Of a stretch of DNA of 64,000 nucleotides, positions 34,601-47,366 are shown piece after piece. This DNA comes from Escherichia coli. Lineage in GTDB: Bacteria; Pseudomonadota; Gammaproteobacteria; Enterobacterales; Enterobacteriaceae. Position 1 is the first letter of the stretch, and each line of letters opens with the position of its first letter. The stretch lies in the NCBI RefSeq assembly GCF_003790525.1, contig NZ_CP033635.1; one strand, given 5' to 3'. A program made the translations under genes and the position numbers. Below the pieces are notes generated by a model, which worked only from the letters and a program-made list of their open reading frames with translations, searched no databases and had not been told where the DNA came from.

Positions 34601-37600
34601 CTGCCAGCAGCATTACGCTGGAGGTGGTTGATAAAGCGCAATGGAATGCCGGGAATAACGCGGCAACGCTGAAAAAAGGCGAAACGCTACAGGTTAAGGT
34701 GACGGTAAAAGATGCACAGGGCAACGCGTTAGCGGATATGCCATTTACCCTCAGTCGCGGTGATGGCTATACCCGTAGCGGCGAAAAACATATTGCCGGT
34801 AGCGGCGATGCGCTGGTGGCGCCGGTGGTGGTCAATGGCGGGCTGGCCGATGAAACAACGTTGAATGACACCGCAACGGTGTATACCGCCATGACCGGCA
34901 GTGACGGCAGCAAAATTCTTAATATTACCCGTCCGGATACCCACGGCACCAAAACGGCGCTGACGGCAACGCTTTACTCCGATGCGACGAAAAAAGACAG
35001 CCTGGACACGATCTTTACGGTGGTTACCAGCCCGGATAGCAGCCAGGCGAAAATGTGGGGGCATATGCCGGAAACGGTGACGGCTGAGGACGGTACGGTC
35101 TTTAAACGCCCGCGGTTACTGAAGGAACTGAGCAGTCAGACTGGGCGAACATCAACGCTTGAAGACAACGAAAACTGGGCGTTGTTTAACATTAATTATG
35201 CGAGCTCTTCCACGACGTATAGTGGCTGTGGAACCAACTATATTCCGACTCAGGCCGGTCTGACGTCACTGTTTGCTAATAATGCGGGCAACACCATGAA
35301 AACCGTGCAGGGCTGGCCGGTGGCAACGCGCTATTTGTCCAACACGTCCGACAATGGCAGCATGGAGCAGCGTAACTACAAGGCGGTCGATCTCAGCAAT
35401 GGCACGAGTGCGGCAGTGTCATCAACGGCGCTGCAACTGCTGACCTGTCAGACTACACCGGTAACCACGGTGAGCCAAATCCTGCTGGAAGCGGCAGATC
35501 CGGCGACGCTGGATACCACCTATAACGTGGTAAAAGCGAAAAAAGGCGAAGAATCCGTGGTGCGCGTCACCACCAAAGATGCACAAGGCAACCTGGTGGG
35601 CAATACGGCATTTATCCTGACGCGTGCCAACAGCGTGAGTCGGGCTAATGCATCAGCGACGATGAGCGTGGGCTCGTTGACGGTGACGGATGCCTGGGGC
35701 AATACGCGAAATAATTTCCAGTCGACAAGTGAAACCATTTACGGCGTGACCGGTGCCGACGGGTCAACGACATTGACCCTGAAACAGGATAACAGTACCG
35801 GGTTAAGAACCGATCTCACGGCAAAACTGGATACGTCCAGCAGCGTCAAGGCAACGCTACCGGTGGTCTTTACCGTCGTGACCAGCCCGGATTCGCCAAA
35901 AGCGAATTTTTGGGGACATATGGCCGAAACGGTGGCGGCCTCCGATGGTTCAGTCTATAAACGCCCACTGTTGCTGGCAGAGCTGGCCAACACTGGCGGG
36001 CGACAAATCAGTTCAGAGAACGGGGAAAGCTGGGTACGATTCACCTGGAATCAGTCGACAGATCCTTCTGTAAGCGGCTGCGGCGTTGCGTATATGCCAA
36101 CGTTGGCAGGCCTGCAAGCGTTGTATGACGCTAATAGTGGTAATGCAATGAGTACGGTACAGGGATGGCCGGTAAAAGCGACCTATCTCACCAATACCCC
36201 AAGTGACACGCAAACGGGGAGCCGTTACTACAATGTGGTGCAACTGGATTCTGGCGCAGCCTCGCAAATCACGACGAACACGGGTGTACTGCAAACCTGC
36301 CGTACAACGCCGTTGACGGCTGCCAGCCAGATTACGCTGGAGGCCGCGGATCCTGCGCAATTTGTCAGCATTGACAGCACGCTTAGCGCTGTCAAAGTGC
36401 AGAAAGGCGATAGCGTGCCGATCCGCATTTCGACTAAAGATGCGCAGGGCAATTTCGTCGGCAATACGCCGTTTGCCCTGAAACACGCGAACTCGATCAA
36501 TCGTCAAAATGTGTCGTCATCGCAGAAAGTGTCGGTCACGACGGAGGTGGGTACGACGGTGGATACCAGTGCAACAACCACCCTGTATGGCGTAACCGGG
36601 CCAGACGGAACCACCACGATGACGCTCCGACAGGATGCGTCCACCGGGTTAAGAACCGACTTTTATGCCCTGTTGAACGATACCGGCGTGTCGTCGGACA
36701 CCTTGCCGGTGATCTTTACCGTCATCACCAGCCCGGATACGCCGCTGGCGGCCAACTGGGGCCATATGGCGGAAACCTTTACCAGTAGCGAAGGCGTCAC
36801 CTTCAAGCGGCCTTCCCTCAAAGCTGAACTCTCTGGCGGTACGGCCATAACGGTCAATAATGAAGTCTGGTCGCGCCTGACAGCGGCGGAGAAAGTGGAT
36901 GCCAGCAAGGCCGGGTGTGATGAGACGTATCAACCGCTGGTGAATGACATGCAGGGGTTGTATGCGGATTACCCTAACGGCCAGTTAGGATCGGTGCTCG
37001 GCTTGCCGACGTCTGCCGGGTATTGGTGGGCCTACGACATGATGATGGTTTCTGGCAACTGGACTAATCAGGCATTTTCACCTGTTAATGGTCAGTTGAT
37101 GCAGGCATCGTCCAGCTATACGGCGATCGTGATGTGTCTGGTAGAACCACATACGGAAGCAGCCACAATAGAGCTTACTTCAACGGCGCAGGACGCAGCA
37201 AAATCGGCCAGTAATGGTGGACGACCGAGCGCCGTAGCGAAGAAAGGCGAGACGATTCCGTTGACGGTGACCGTGCGTGATAGCGCCGGGAACCCGATGC
37301 CATATGCTGAGTTTACCCTCACGCGTGAAACGACGCTGGATCGCTCGAAAGCAACCGTTAACACGAGTGCGGACGACCTTACCGTAACGGCATTGGTACC
37401 CGCGAATACAAATAGTGTGTTGGCAGCAAGTGGAGCAAAACTGATCGGCACGACGGGCAGCGATGGCAAAGCGACCTTTGAGGTGAGTCAGAATGCGACG
37501 ACCGGGCTGGCGACGCCGTTAACCGTGACGCTGGCGCGTGATACGACGAAAGCCGCCACGCTGGATGTTATCTATACGGTGATCACCAGCCCGGATTCGC

Positions 37601-39684
37601 CGAGTGCGAAATTCTGGGGGCATATGCCGGACACCTTTACCAGCTCGACGGGCGTCACCTTCAAACGACCGCTGCTGAAAGCAGAAACCAGCTCAGGCTC
37701 ATCGATTAGCTCTAACGGCGAAGTTTGGTCATATATGAGCAACGCGCAAAATTTAACATCGACAGATTGCCCGCTCGAAAATCAACCGCGCAGTAATGAG
37801 CTGTTGGATTTGTATAGTGATCACCCGAACGGCACGCTAATGACCGACCTGGGGTTACCCGTATATGCAGGTAACTGGTGGGCCTATGATATGGTCATGC
37901 TGAGTGGAACGTCGTGGACTTATCAACTCATCAGCCTGAAAGACGGAACCATTACGCAGAAGGGGACAACCAGTGCGTTGATGCTTTGCCTGGCACAGCC
38001 GCATCCGGCCGGCGTCAGCGTAACATTGACGTCATCCGCACAGGATGACGCCAGAACCACCAGCAATGGCGGCCGTCCCAGCGCGTCAGCGAAAAAAGGT
38101 AACTCAATACCGATTGTGGTAACGGTAAAAGATCGTGATGGCAACCCGTTGGCGGGCGAAGCGGTGACGCTCAAACGTGATTCAGCGTTGAGCCGTTCAG
38201 GAACAATCGTGGGGACGCCAGCGAATGAAATAAAGTTGACGGAACTGACGCCCGTGTCGGCGACATTCCCGCTGGTTTCAAATGGTACACAATGGCTTGG
38301 TTTCACCGGTAGCGATGGTACGGCGACATTCAATGTTGAACAGCCTGATACTGTCGGCCTGGCAATCCCCTTTAACGCCATCCTGGCCCGTGACACGGCA
38401 AAGGTATCTACTCTGGATCTGATTTTTACCGTCCTCACCAGCCCGGATGCCGCATTAGCAACTTACTGGGGCCATATGCCGGATACCGTCACGGCGGAAA
38501 ACGGTGCTGTCTTTGAGCGCCCTAAACTGTGGAAAGAGCTGCCGTCGACATCCGGGGTAAGTCAGATAACGAATAGCAATGAAGCCTGGCCAGTGTTTAA
38601 CGCAACGCAGAGGGCTGACAGCAATCTCAGCCCTTGTGAAGCGGCGCGTCGACCATTGAGCGATGATTTAGAAGCGCTCTATACACGTTATCCAGGAAAC
38701 ACGATTACCGCGCAAATTGGCTGGCCTACGCAGTATGCATGGTGGGCGGTGGATAACTGGGAAGGGGGCAGTAATCCGCAGGCCGTCAGCCTGGTAAATG
38801 GTTCGAGAGGCCAATATAATCCCGCTCATCAGGCCTGCCTGGTTAACCCGCGTGCGAGCGTTTCCAGCGTCACGCTGACATCAACGGCGCTGGATGACGC
38901 CACACAGGCGGCGACGGTGAAAAAAGGCGACGCCGCGCCCATTGTCGTTACCGTAAAAGACAGCGCCGGGAAGCCGGTGCCGAATATCGCTTTTATCCTA
39001 AAACGCGGTGAGGCCGTGCCGCGTAACAGCGGGGCGACGCTGTATGGCGATGTGGATGCGATGGACGATTTGACTGTGCAACCTTCATCCGGTGCGGCAG
39101 TCACGTTGGCTGACAGTGGAAATACCATCGACGGAGTCACGGGAGCGGACGGTACGGCAAGCTTTACCGTTCGTCAGGATAATACGCCAGGATATAAAAC
39201 GCCGTTGACGGTGACGCTGACGGATAACGCCACCATAACGGCGACGCTGGACACGATTTTCACCGTGCCGACCAGCCCGAATGTCGCCACGGCGTATTTC
39301 TGGGGTCATATGGCGGATACCGCCACGGTAAGTGGCAAGACGCTGCATCGCCCGCTATTAAAATCGGAGTTGCCGTCAGGCGCTACCGCAGCAGCAACGC
39401 CTGATGTAAATAATGAAACCTGGGCACTGGCGCATGTTATGGATTCCTCTAAATGGGATGTCGCGCAGCAGTGTGGCAGTATGAATAACGTGCCGAGCAG
39501 TGCCGAATTACAAACATTACACTCCGGCTTTAGCACATTGGGATGGCCGTCCTCGATAAGCTTCCCGTATTTATCTACTGATAAGGCTGGGTCGTTCTAT
39601 TGTGGTGTTGATGAAGGCTCTGGCAGTCTCAACTGTGGCATTCAGCCTGCGAAAACGCCGGGGTTTGCAACCTGCTTCCAGTAA
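31609..39684 (+). CDS. ratA: Giant repeat-containing surface protein, RatA-like (2691 aa)
   Basis: Single ORF with signal peptide and nine ~270-aa repeats each carrying VIFTVxTSPD...WGHM; position next to sinI matches Salmonella ratA. Confidence 0.7.
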   Translation: MSVCLKPGKIIVLLGMLAAFMLSDFARAGVEWQTYPGSTGEFNGTVPIADSASVPVYQGSVQLDPAASHDVAFSAKPNEFSVDDDAANLIVANPQDSEGDQFSTPPALRWENQTPPTVSLVWADAATPDTPLNPQPIANRSFCAQGLAGRSLVAWPQIDTQQTIPLLYLLTSTGYPYEGTVALAEQKVTLNIAPAQGDLISVSASGYNETIAAAKTTVGGTITLTVTTKDCQGNVAGNIPFIIKRKDAQNRQGAVNNTAPVVLGSTELTTTATEYRGTSDANGTATITVTQPNGPGVKTPLVASISGIAQTSETAVIFTVLTSPDVAQATMWGHMAETVEAHGYTFSRPKLAAEVSNENATVVDHNETWSTFTWSGADSHCTVLPGMRHFGALATVIPSTVQTVLGWPMQDDYYWTSLAGTTGQHHAADVSNRAEAQKPDSTTFLVSCVDKPAPDVEPKIVLTPENYDDTAQAMKAKVGEDATMRLTITDNKNNDQPLAYYYFSLHLDDGVNRKNQTDSAWEAHPVQITGGSNFRQVDAHTYEGMTDANGQASLTLSQPGGAGVKTHITAKMRSDFNATDAKDVIFTVITSPDSDKARMWGHMRGIIESGSLYKRPLLADETEHELGTVRENNEDWALYDQNTSMQAECGVGHIPRQSSLESLFSAHPGNAIGTEYGWPTAQQSYLSAVEQETHSSVNLGNGSVDSYSGFKQNYLSCSGNEMVANVEVSTDHDVSVGTQAQAKVGDTIVMTVRTINALNNSPVPFSAFTITKGMGYNRAGQVSGFDDPSSGSITMDNSQYGTSQPSMVYAGTTDVRGVATVEIKQPQGVGLKTVLSVTPVNSYLPNTVNYSVIFTTPTSPDVSGAQMWGHMDETITVDSSTFTRPRLAAEIASPDGTLTENNEIWARVSQANTSSTSKGGCGTNMLPRRSQLSALYSANSGNAVQTTHGWPTQRQPYWSSSPADVTPHFFTIALNDGAQAIGGDTPVYVSCLTTANKPASSITLEVVDKAQWNAGNNAATLKKGETLQVKVTVKDAQGNALADMPFTLSRGDGYTRSGEKHIAGSGDALVAPVVVNGGLADETTLNDTATVYTAMTGSDGSKILNITRPDTHGTKTALTATLYSDATKKDSLDTIFTVVTSPDSSQAKMWGHMPETVTAEDGTVFKRPRLLKELSSQTGRTSTLEDNENWALFNINYASSSTTYSGCGTNYIPTQAGLTSLFANNAGNTMKTVQGWPVATRYLSNTSDNGSMEQRNYKAVDLSNGTSAAVSSTALQLLTCQTTPVTTVSQILLEAADPATLDTTYNVVKAKKGEESVVRVTTKDAQGNLVGNTAFILTRANSVSRANASATMSVGSLTVTDAWGNTRNNFQSTSETIYGVTGADGSTTLTLKQDNSTGLRTDLTAKLDTSSSVKATLPVVFTVVTSPDSPKANFWGHMAETVAASDGSVYKRPLLLAELANTGGRQISSENGESWVRFTWNQSTDPSVSGCGVAYMPTLAGLQALYDANSGNAMSTVQGWPVKATYLTNTPSDTQTGSRYYNVVQLDSGAASQITTNTGVLQTCRTTPLTAASQITLEAADPAQFVSIDSTLSAVKVQKGDSVPIRISTKDAQGNFVGNTPFALKHANSINRQNVSSSQKVSVTTEVGTTVDTSATTTLYGVTGPDGTTTMTLRQDASTGLRTDFYALLNDTGVSSDTLPVIFTVITSPDTPLAANWGHMAETFTSSEGVTFKRPSLKAELSGGTAITVNNEVWSRLTAAEKVDASKAGCDETYQPLVNDMQGLYADYPNGQLGSVLGLPTSAGYWWAYDMMMVSGNWTNQAFSPVNGQLMQASSSYTAIVMCLVEPHTEAATIELTSTAQDAAKSASNGGRPSAVAKKGETIPLTVTVRDSAGNPMPYAEFTLTRETTLDRSKATVNTSADDLTVTALVPANTNSVLAASGAKLIGTTGSDGKATFEVSQNATTGLATPLTVTLARDTTKAATLDVIYTVITSPDSPSAKFWGHMPDTFTSSTGVTFKRPLLKAETSSGSSISSNGEVWSYMSNAQNLTSTDCPLENQPRSNELLDLYSDHPNGTLMTDLGLPVYAGNWWAYDMVMLSGTSWTYQLISLKDGTITQKGTTSALMLCLAQPHPAGVSVTLTSSAQDDARTTSNGGRPSASAKKGNSIPIVVTVKDRDGNPLAGEAVTLKRDSALSRSGTIVGTPANEIKLTELTPVSATFPLVSNGTQWLGFTGSDGTATFNVEQPDTVGLAIPFNAILARDTAKVSTLDLIFTVLTSPDAALATYWGHMPDTVTAENGAVFERPKLWKELPSTSGVSQITNSNEAWPVFNATQRADSNLSPCEAARRPLSDDLEALYTRYPGNTITAQIGWPTQYAWWAVDNWEGGSNPQAVSLVNGSRGQYNPAHQACLVNPRASVSSVTLTSTALDDATQAATVKKGDAAPIVVTVKDSAGKPVPNIAFILKRGEAVPRNSGATLYGDVDAMDDLTVQPSSGAAVTLADSGNTIDGVTGADGTASFTVRQDNTPGYKTPLTVTLTDNATITATLDTIFTVPTSPNVATAYFWGHMADTATVSGKTLHRPLLKSELPSGATAAATPDVNNETWALAHVMDSSKWDVAQQCGSMNNVPSSAELQTLHSGFSTLGWPSSISFPYLSTDKAGSFYCGVDEGSGSLNCGIQPAKTPGFATCFQ
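32280..39684 (+). repeat. Nine tandem in-frame coding repeats of about 0.80-0.86 kb inside the ratA-like gene
   Basis: ACCAGCCCGGA(C/T) recurs at about 32572, 33380, 34183, 35028, 35885, 36731, 37585, 38443, 39271. Confidence 0.8.
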
Positions 39685-39737
39685 CCTTATCCACCTTGTC
39701 AATATGAGGTTCCGAAAGCCTGATACGCAACGCGCTA

Positions 39738-41135
<1,398 letters not shown>

Positions 41136-41266
41136 TTATTCAGTCGATAGTAACCCGCCCTCCGGGGATAGCAAGCATTTTTTGCAAAAAGGGGTAGATG
41201 CAATCGGTTACGCTCTGTATAATGCCGCGGCAATATTTATTAACCACTCTGGTCGAGATATTGCCC

Positions 41267-42733
41267 ATGCTACGTATCGCTAAAGAAGCTCTGACGTTTG
41301 ACGACGTTCTCCTCGTTCCTGCTCATTCTACCGTTCTGCCGAATACTGCTGACCTCAGCACCCAGCTGACGAAAACTATTCGTCTGAATATCCCTATGCT
41401 TTCCGCAGCAATGGATACCGTAACGGAAGCGCGCCTGGCTATTGCTCTGGCTCAGGAAGGCGGTATCGGCTTTATCCACAAAAACATGTCCATTGAACGC
41501 CAGGCAGAAGAAGTTCGCCGTGTGAAAAAACACGAATCTGGCGTGGTAACTGATCCGCAGACCGTGCTGCCGACAACCACCCTGCGTGAAGTGAAAGAAC
41601 TGACCGAGCGTAACGGCTTTGCGGGCTACCCGGTGGTTACCGAAGAAAACGAACTGGTCGGCATCATCACCGGTCGTGACGTGCGTTTTGTGACCGATCT
41701 GAATCAACCGGTTAGCGTTTACATGACGCCGAAAGAGCGTCTGGTAACCGTGCGTGAAGGCGAAGCCCGTGAAGTGGTGCTGGCAAAAATGCACGAAAAA
41801 CGCGTTGAAAAGGCGCTGGTGGTTGATGACGAATTCCACCTGATCGGCATGATCACTGTGAAGGACTTCCAGAAAGCGGAACGTAAACCGAACGCGTGTA
41901 AAGACGAACAAGGCCGTCTGCGTGTAGGTGCAGCGGTTGGCGCGGGTGCGGGTAACGAAGAGCGTGTTGATGCGCTGGTTGCCGCAGGCGTTGACGTTCT
42001 GCTGATCGACTCCTCTCACGGTCACTCTGAAGGTGTTCTGCAGCGTATCCGTGAAACTCGCGCTAAATATCCTGACCTGCAAATCATCGGCGGCAACGTG
42101 GCAACAGCAGCAGGTGCCCGCGCGCTGGCAGAAGCCGGTTGCAGTGCCGTTAAAGTGGGTATCGGCCCTGGTTCTATTTGTACTACCCGCATTGTTACTG
42201 GCGTCGGTGTTCCGCAGATCACCGCCGTTGCTGACGCAGTAGAAGCCCTGGAAGGCACCGGAATTCCGGTTATCGCTGACGGTGGTATTCGTTTCTCCGG
42301 CGACATCGCCAAAGCTATCGCCGCTGGCGCAAGCGCGGTAATGGTGGGTTCCATGCTGGCAGGTACTGAAGAATCTCCGGGTGAAATTGAACTCTACCAG
42401 GGCCGTTCTTACAAATCTTACCGTGGTATGGGTTCCCTGGGCGCGATGTCCAAAGGTTCTTCTGACCGTTACTTCCAGAGCGACAACGCTGCCGACAAAC
42501 TGGTGCCGGAAGGTATCGAAGGTCGCGTGGCCTATAAAGGTCGCCTGAAAGAGATCATTCACCAGCAGATGGGCGGCCTGCGCTCCTGTATGGGCCTGAC
42601 CGGCTGTGGTACTATCGACGAACTGCGTACTAAAGCGGAGTTTGTACGTATCAGCGGTGCGGGCATTCAGGAAAGCCACGTTCACGACGTGACCATTACT
42701 AAAGAGTCCCCGAACTACCGTCTGGGCTCCTGA
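41267..42733 (+). CDS. guaB: IMP dehydrogenase
   Basis: Start at [21 protein letters not shown] (ATG 41267), 488 aa. Confidence 0.95.
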
Positions 42734-42801
42734 TTCTCTTCGCCCGACTTCATGTCGGGCGATTTATATTATCTGTTTCACTTGCCTCGGAATAAGCGTC
42801 A

Positions 42802-44379
42802 ATGACGGAAAACATTCATAAGCATAGCATCCTCATTCTGGACTTCGGTTCCCAGTATACTCAACTGGTTGCGCGCCGCGTGCGTGAGCTGGGCGTTTAC
42901 TGCGAACTGTGGGCGTGGGATGTGACAGAAGCACAAATTCGTGACTTCAATCCAAGCGGCATTATTCTTTCCGGCGGCCCGGAAAGCACCACCGAAGAAA
43001 ACAGCCCGCGTGCGCCGCAGTATGTCTTTGAAGCAGGCGTACCGGTATTCGGCGTTTGCTATGGCATGCAGACCATGGCGATGCAGTTGGGTGGTCACGT
43101 TGAAGCCTCTAACGAACGTGAATTTGGCTACGCGCAGGTTGAAGTCGTAAACGACAGCGCACTAGTTCGCGGTATCGAAGATGCGCTGACCGCAGACGGT
43201 AAACCTCTGCTCGATGTCTGGATGAGCCACGGCGATAAAGTTACCGCTATCCCGTCCGACTTCGTCACCGTAGCCAGCACCGAAAGCTGCCCGTTTGCCA
43301 TTATGGCTAACGAAGAAAAACGCTTCTATGGCGTACAGTTCCACCCGGAAGTGACTCACACCCGCCAGGGTATGCGCATGCTGGAGCGTTTTGTGCGTGA
43401 TATCTGCCAGTGTGAAGCCCTGTGGACGCCAGCGAAAATTATCGACGATGCTGTAGCCCGTATCCGCGAGCAGGTAGGCGACGATAAAGTCATCCTCGGC
43501 CTCTCTGGTGGCGTGGATTCCTCCGTGACCGCAATGCTGCTGCACCGCGCTATCGGTAAAAATCTGACTTGCGTATTCGTCGATAACGGCCTGCTGCGTC
43601 TCAACGAAGCAGAGCAGGTTCTGGATATGTTTGGCGATCACTTTGGTCTGAACATTGTTCACGTTCCGGCAGAAGATCGCTTCCTGTCAGCGTTGGCCGG
43701 CGAAAACGATCCGGAAGCAAAACGTAAAATCATCGGGCGCGTTTTCGTTGAAGTATTCGATGAAGAAGCACTGAAACTGGAAGACGTGAAGTGGCTGGCG
43801 CAGGGCACTATCTACCCTGACGTTATTGAATCTGCCGCATCTGCAACCGGTAAAGCACACGTCATCAAATCTCACCACAACGTGGGCGGCCTGCCGAAAG
43901 AGATGAAGATGGGCCTGGTTGAACCGCTGAAAGAGCTGTTCAAAGACGAAGTGCGTAAGATTGGTCTGGAGCTGGGCCTGCCGTACGACATGCTGTACCG
44001 TCACCCGTTCCCGGGACCAGGCCTTGGCGTTCGTGTTCTGGGTGAAGTGAAGAAAGAGTATTGTGACCTGCTGCGCCGTGCTGACGCCATCTTCATTGAA
44101 GAACTGCGTAAAGCGGACCTGTACGACAAAGTCAGCCAGGCGTTCACCGTCTTCCTGCCGGTACGTTCCGTTGGCGTAATGGGCGATGGTCGTAAGTATG
44201 ACTGGGTTGTCTCTCTGCGTGCTGTCGAAACCATCGACTTTATGACCGCACACTGGGCGCATCTGCCGTACGATTTCCTCGGTCGCGTTTCCAACCGCAT
44301 TATCAATGAAGTGAACGGTATTTCCCGCGTGGTGTATGACATCAGCGGCAAGCCGCCAGCTACCATTGAGTGGGAATGA
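42802..44379 (+). CDS. guaA: GMP synthase
   Basis: 525-aa [38 protein letters not shown]. Confidence 0.95.
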   Translation: MTENIHKHSILILDFGSQYTQLVARRVRELGVYCELWAWDVTEAQIRDFNPSGIILSGGPESTTEENSPRAPQYVFEAGVPVFGVCYGMQTMAMQLGGHVEASNEREFGYAQVEVVNDSALVRGIEDALTADGKPLLDVWMSHGDKVTAIPSDFVTVASTESCPFAIMANEEKRFYGVQFHPEVTHTRQGMRMLERFVRDICQCEALWTPAKIIDDAVARIREQVGDDKVILGLSGGVDSSVTAMLLHRAIGKNLTCVFVDNGLLRLNEAEQVLDMFGDHFGLNIVHVPAEDRFLSALAGENDPEAKRKIIGRVFVEVFDEEALKLEDVKWLAQGTIYPDVIESAASATGKAHVIKSHHNVGGLPKEMKMGLVEPLKELFKDEVRKIGLELGLPYDMLYRHPFPGPGLGVRVLGEVKKEYCDLLRRADAIFIEELRKADLYDKVSQAFTVFLPVRSVGVMGDGRKYDWVVSLRAVETIDFMTAHWAHLPYDFLGRVSNRIINEVNGISRVVYDISGKPPATIEWE

Positions 44380-44425
44380 TTAACAGCTAACTCATAGCAA
44401 CTCATTCCTATTCAGACACTAATTT

Positions 44426-44458
44426 AACCCTCTGTTTTTACAGAGGGTTTTTGTTTTT
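44426..44458 (+). terminator. Intrinsic terminator of guaA
   Basis: aaccctctg-ttttt-acagagggtt followed by tttgttttt. Confidence 0.6.
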
Positions 44459-44514
44459 ATGTATTCATTTCTATTCACTCTACACCATATTTTTTGGCGG
44501 TACAGGTGACGGTA

Positions 44515-44529
44515 TTACCTTAAAGGTAT
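44515..44529. promoter_or_regulatory. Operator-like palindrome TTACCttaaaGGTAt upstream of integrase
   Basis: Member of the recurring TTACC-N5-GGTAA motif family. Confidence 0.4.
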
Positions 44530-44571
44530 ACTCTCATACCGTCATGAAAATGGTTTCTATACGGGTGAATT

Positions 44572-45822
44572 GTGCTTACCGATACAAAATTAAAGAACCT
44601 CAAGCCACAGGACAAACTGTACAAAGTTTCCGATCGTGACGGGCTGTATGTAGCTGTGCTTACGTCAGGTACGGTCTCGTTTCGCTATGACTACCGTATC
44701 AACGGTCGCCGCGAAACACTGGTAATCGGGCAGTATGGGCGTGACGGTATCAGCCTGGCAGAAGCGCGAGAAGAACTGATTGCTGCAAAGAAGCTGCTTA
44801 AAGCAGGCCAGTCGCCGGCTGCGGCTAAACGTGACGGTATCAAAAAGATTCGTGGTGCCGAGACGTTTGCGGTACATACCGACAGTTATATGAAACACGT
44901 CATCCTGGCTGAAAGTACCCGCGCAATGAAGCAGGCAGTGATCGACCGTGACATACTTCCTGTTCTTGGCAACAAAATGATGACTGAAATTACCACATCG
45001 ATGGTTCGTGATTTGTGTGACCGGATTGTCGAACGCGGTGGTCGGGCAACAGCAGTACAGGCCAGGGAGATCATTAGCAGCGTATACCGTCACGCCAATG
45101 ACCGTGGTCATGGTTTGTTTAATCCTGCGGCTGACATTAAACCTTCGTCTATCGCCATATTTAAACCACGAGAGCGAACACTGACACCAGAAGAAATTGG
45201 TCTGTTCTTCCGCACGCTGGATGCCATTGGTGCTATGGGCACTATGAAAATGGCTTTAAAGCTGGTGCTTATCACTATGGTTCGTAAAGGCGAATTCACC
45301 AATGCAACGTGGGACGAAATAGATTTTAAAAAATGGACATGGACAATTCCTTCAGACCGCATGAAGGGAAGCCGGGCGCACGTTATTTACCTGCCAAAAC
45401 AGGCACAGGATATATTGGTTGGGTTGCAGATGTGCGCTGGTGGAAGTGAATATCTGGTTCCTGGTCGTTACAATTTCCGGAAGCCATTATCTAATGCCGC
45501 ACTGAACTCTCTGATCGACAGAACGGTGAAAATAATAAATGAAGATGGTGAGCATATTCAGGGCTTCACCGTACACGATATGCGCCGTACAGCCAGTACG
45601 TTGTTGCATGAGGCTGGTTATCCTTCAGACTGGATTGAAAAGGCTCTGGCACATGAGCAGAAAGGTGTGCGCGCCGTATATAACAAAGCGGAATACGCCA
45701 GACAGCGCGCCTACATGTTGCAGCAGTGGGCCGATATGATTGATTCCTGGATTAACGGGGAGCATACGGATCTAATTCCGTTCTCCCCGTCGAAGTTTGA
45801 GAAGTGGATGGCGGGGGAATAA
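44572..45822 (+). CDS. Tyrosine-type phage integrase (P4-like family)
   Basis: 416-aa ORF MLTDTKLKNLKPQDKLYKVSDRDGLYVAV..., C-terminal HDMRRTASTLL and catalytic-region motifs; GTG start. Confidence 0.85.
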   Translation: MLTDTKLKNLKPQDKLYKVSDRDGLYVAVLTSGTVSFRYDYRINGRRETLVIGQYGRDGISLAEAREELIAAKKLLKAGQSPAAAKRDGIKKIRGAETFAVHTDSYMKHVILAESTRAMKQAVIDRDILPVLGNKMMTEITTSMVRDLCDRIVERGGRATAVQAREIISSVYRHANDRGHGLFNPAADIKPSSIAIFKPRERTLTPEEIGLFFRTLDAIGAMGTMKMALKLVLITMVRKGEFTNATWDEIDFKKWTWTIPSDRMKGSRAHVIYLPKQAQDILVGLQMCAGGSEYLVPGRYNFRKPLSNAALNSLIDRTVKIINEDGEHIQGFTVHDMRRTASTLLHEAGYPSDWIEKALAHEQKGVRAVYNKAEYARQRAYMLQQWADMIDSWINGEHTDLIPFSPSKFEKWMAGE

Positions 45823-45825
45823 CGT

Positions 45826-46020
45826 TTAATAGTTCTGCTGATTTTCTTCCATCTCTGCTTCTGCTGCCAGTGATTCAATTTTGTTTTCGAATATTGCTGA
45901 CAGTGTTGCAAATTCAGCATCAGTGACAGCGGGAATTGGAACAAACCTGATCCCGCTGTGTGCAAGCATGTTTGCAGTTTCAAGGCATTTTCTTAAATCT
46001 GCTGGTGATGCCCTGTTCAT
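45826..46020 (-). CDS. Hypothetical small acidic protein
   Basis: Internal Met of ORF 45826..46140 positioned right after methylase stop; weak support. Confidence 0.2.
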   Translation of the reverse strand: MNRASPADLRKCLETANMLAHSGIRFVPIPAVTDAEFATLSAIFENKIESLAAEAEMEENQQNY

Positions 46021-46679
46021 GCAGCACGCTCCCGCCCCTGGTTGTCTGTTGGTGACAGCGGAGAATTGCTGAATGCATTTGTTAATCCGCCAATATCCAA
46101 CGCGTATCCAGGGTGTAGTTGCACTGCCGAGTTTTCGCACTGATTACCCCAAACATCGAAGCCATGAGACGACTGGCGGGCGAACAGTTCAATGCGAGAA
46201 ACATCGCCTAACAATTGCACAAGTTTTTCACGAACGACATCTGGTTTTCTTGAGTGCTCAAGCCGCGGTGCGGTAAATGACTGAACGATCCCTGCATTAA
46301 TGCGCGGAGGTAGTTTTCCCTTTACCGCAAACAGGCAATCTTCACTATTGGCGCGGGTCATGTGTCCCATACCCATAACCAGTTTATCTGGTTGTCGACT
46401 ACCACATTTTATCCACGTGAAGCCCTTCATGGTCATAAGACGAAATCCCCAGGCTTCAACAACTTTTAGTGCTTCGAGTGGTTGTGTTGGCACCCACCAC
46501 ATGGCCAACAGACAGTTTTCAGCGGCCAAATCCCACACAGGAAGGCGGCAGATATCCAGCACACTCATAACTGGATATTTAAAACCGGCACCGCGATTAC
46601 CATCTGCGGCTTTGTCCCGGTATACCCAGGGTGGATCTGCATAGATTAGTGTGTATTTCTTAGTCATAAACCACCCCAC
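46017..46679 (-). CDS. DNA N6-adenine methyltransferase (MT-A70-like, orphan)
   Basis: 220-aa ORF with DPPW motif (YTLIYADPPWVYR); no adjacent restriction endonuclease recognised. Confidence 0.7.
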   Translation of the reverse strand: MGWFMTKKYTLIYADPPWVYRDKAADGNRGAGFKYPVMSVLDICRLPVWDLAAENCLLAMWWVPTQPLEALKVVEAWGFRLMTMKGFTWIKCGSRQPDKLVMGMGHMTRANSEDCLFAVKGKLPPRINAGIVQSFTAPRLEHSRKPDVVREKLVQLLGDVSRIELFARQSSHGFDVWGNQCENSAVQLHPGYALDIGGLTNAFSNSPLSPTDNQGRERAA

Positions 46680-47068
46680 AACATCCTATGCCGCCATAGT
46701 CGCCACGGCGAAGGCCGTTACCTTTTGTGATACATTGGTCCCTGCGAACCGCGATCCTTGCACGCTCAACATCACCAGAAGCAACATCCATACACTGAAG
46801 CCAAAGGTGAGCGGCAATGCGGAACTGCCCTTTTTTCTCTCTTTCAATCGCGCGTTTTTCGATCTCTATCGCCGCAGGAGTAACGGCGACAATCTTTGAC
46901 GGACTGCGCATTGAAACCTTGTTCATGTGATATTTTTCAAGTCGGCTTAACTTTCTCACTTAATCCAACCCTCTCTGAAAATTAATGCCAGCAGATAAAG
47001 CCATGCTGAAACAGAGGCCAGGAATAAGTACCATCCTGACCATTTGCTCCAGTGCCTTAGCAGCACAC

Positions 47069-47317
47069 TCATGCAGCGTTGCTCACAGGACGATATACAC
47101 GTTGCTGAACAGGAGGCTTTTTACCCTGGAACTCTGCCGGGCTTGCTGCCTGACGTTCATCAAGCCAACGCTCAACTTCATCACGGTTCCATGCGCAGCG
47201 TTTATCGGTGATATACCAGCGTTTAGGAAATTCCCCTGCGCGCTCCATACGGTCGATAGTGCTCCATGACAGTGGCACCACCGCCAGGAGTTCCTTCTTA
47301 CCTAATGCACCTTTCAT
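47069..47317 (-). CDS. AlpA-family phage regulator / excisionase-like
   Basis: 82-aa ORF with ...STIDRMERAGEFPKRWYITDKRCAWNRDEVERWL... Confidence 0.55.
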   Translation of the reverse strand: MKGALGKKELLAVVPLSWSTIDRMERAGEFPKRWYITDKRCAWNRDEVERWLDERQAASPAEFQGKKPPVQQRVYRPVSNAA

Positions 47318-47366
47318 AAATACCTCTCTTGGTTGCAGTGCGGCGCGCGTGGCGCCGCGGTGGTGG

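Larger units (their letters stand above)
28068..39737. other. Accessory genomic island between yfgJ and xseA (CS54-like)
   Basis: Three large surface-protein genes inserted where core yfgJ and xseA are normally adjacent; AT-rich 5' flank. Confidence 0.65.

Noticed and set aside
31609-39684. Possible CRISPR array suggested by regular repeats
   Set aside because: Repeat unit is about 840 bp and in-frame protein-coding; no short repeat-spacer structure or cas genes.
41270-42685. 471-aa minus-strand ORF covering guaB
   Set aside because: Long antisense ORF caused by codon bias of guaB; guaB itself is unambiguous.
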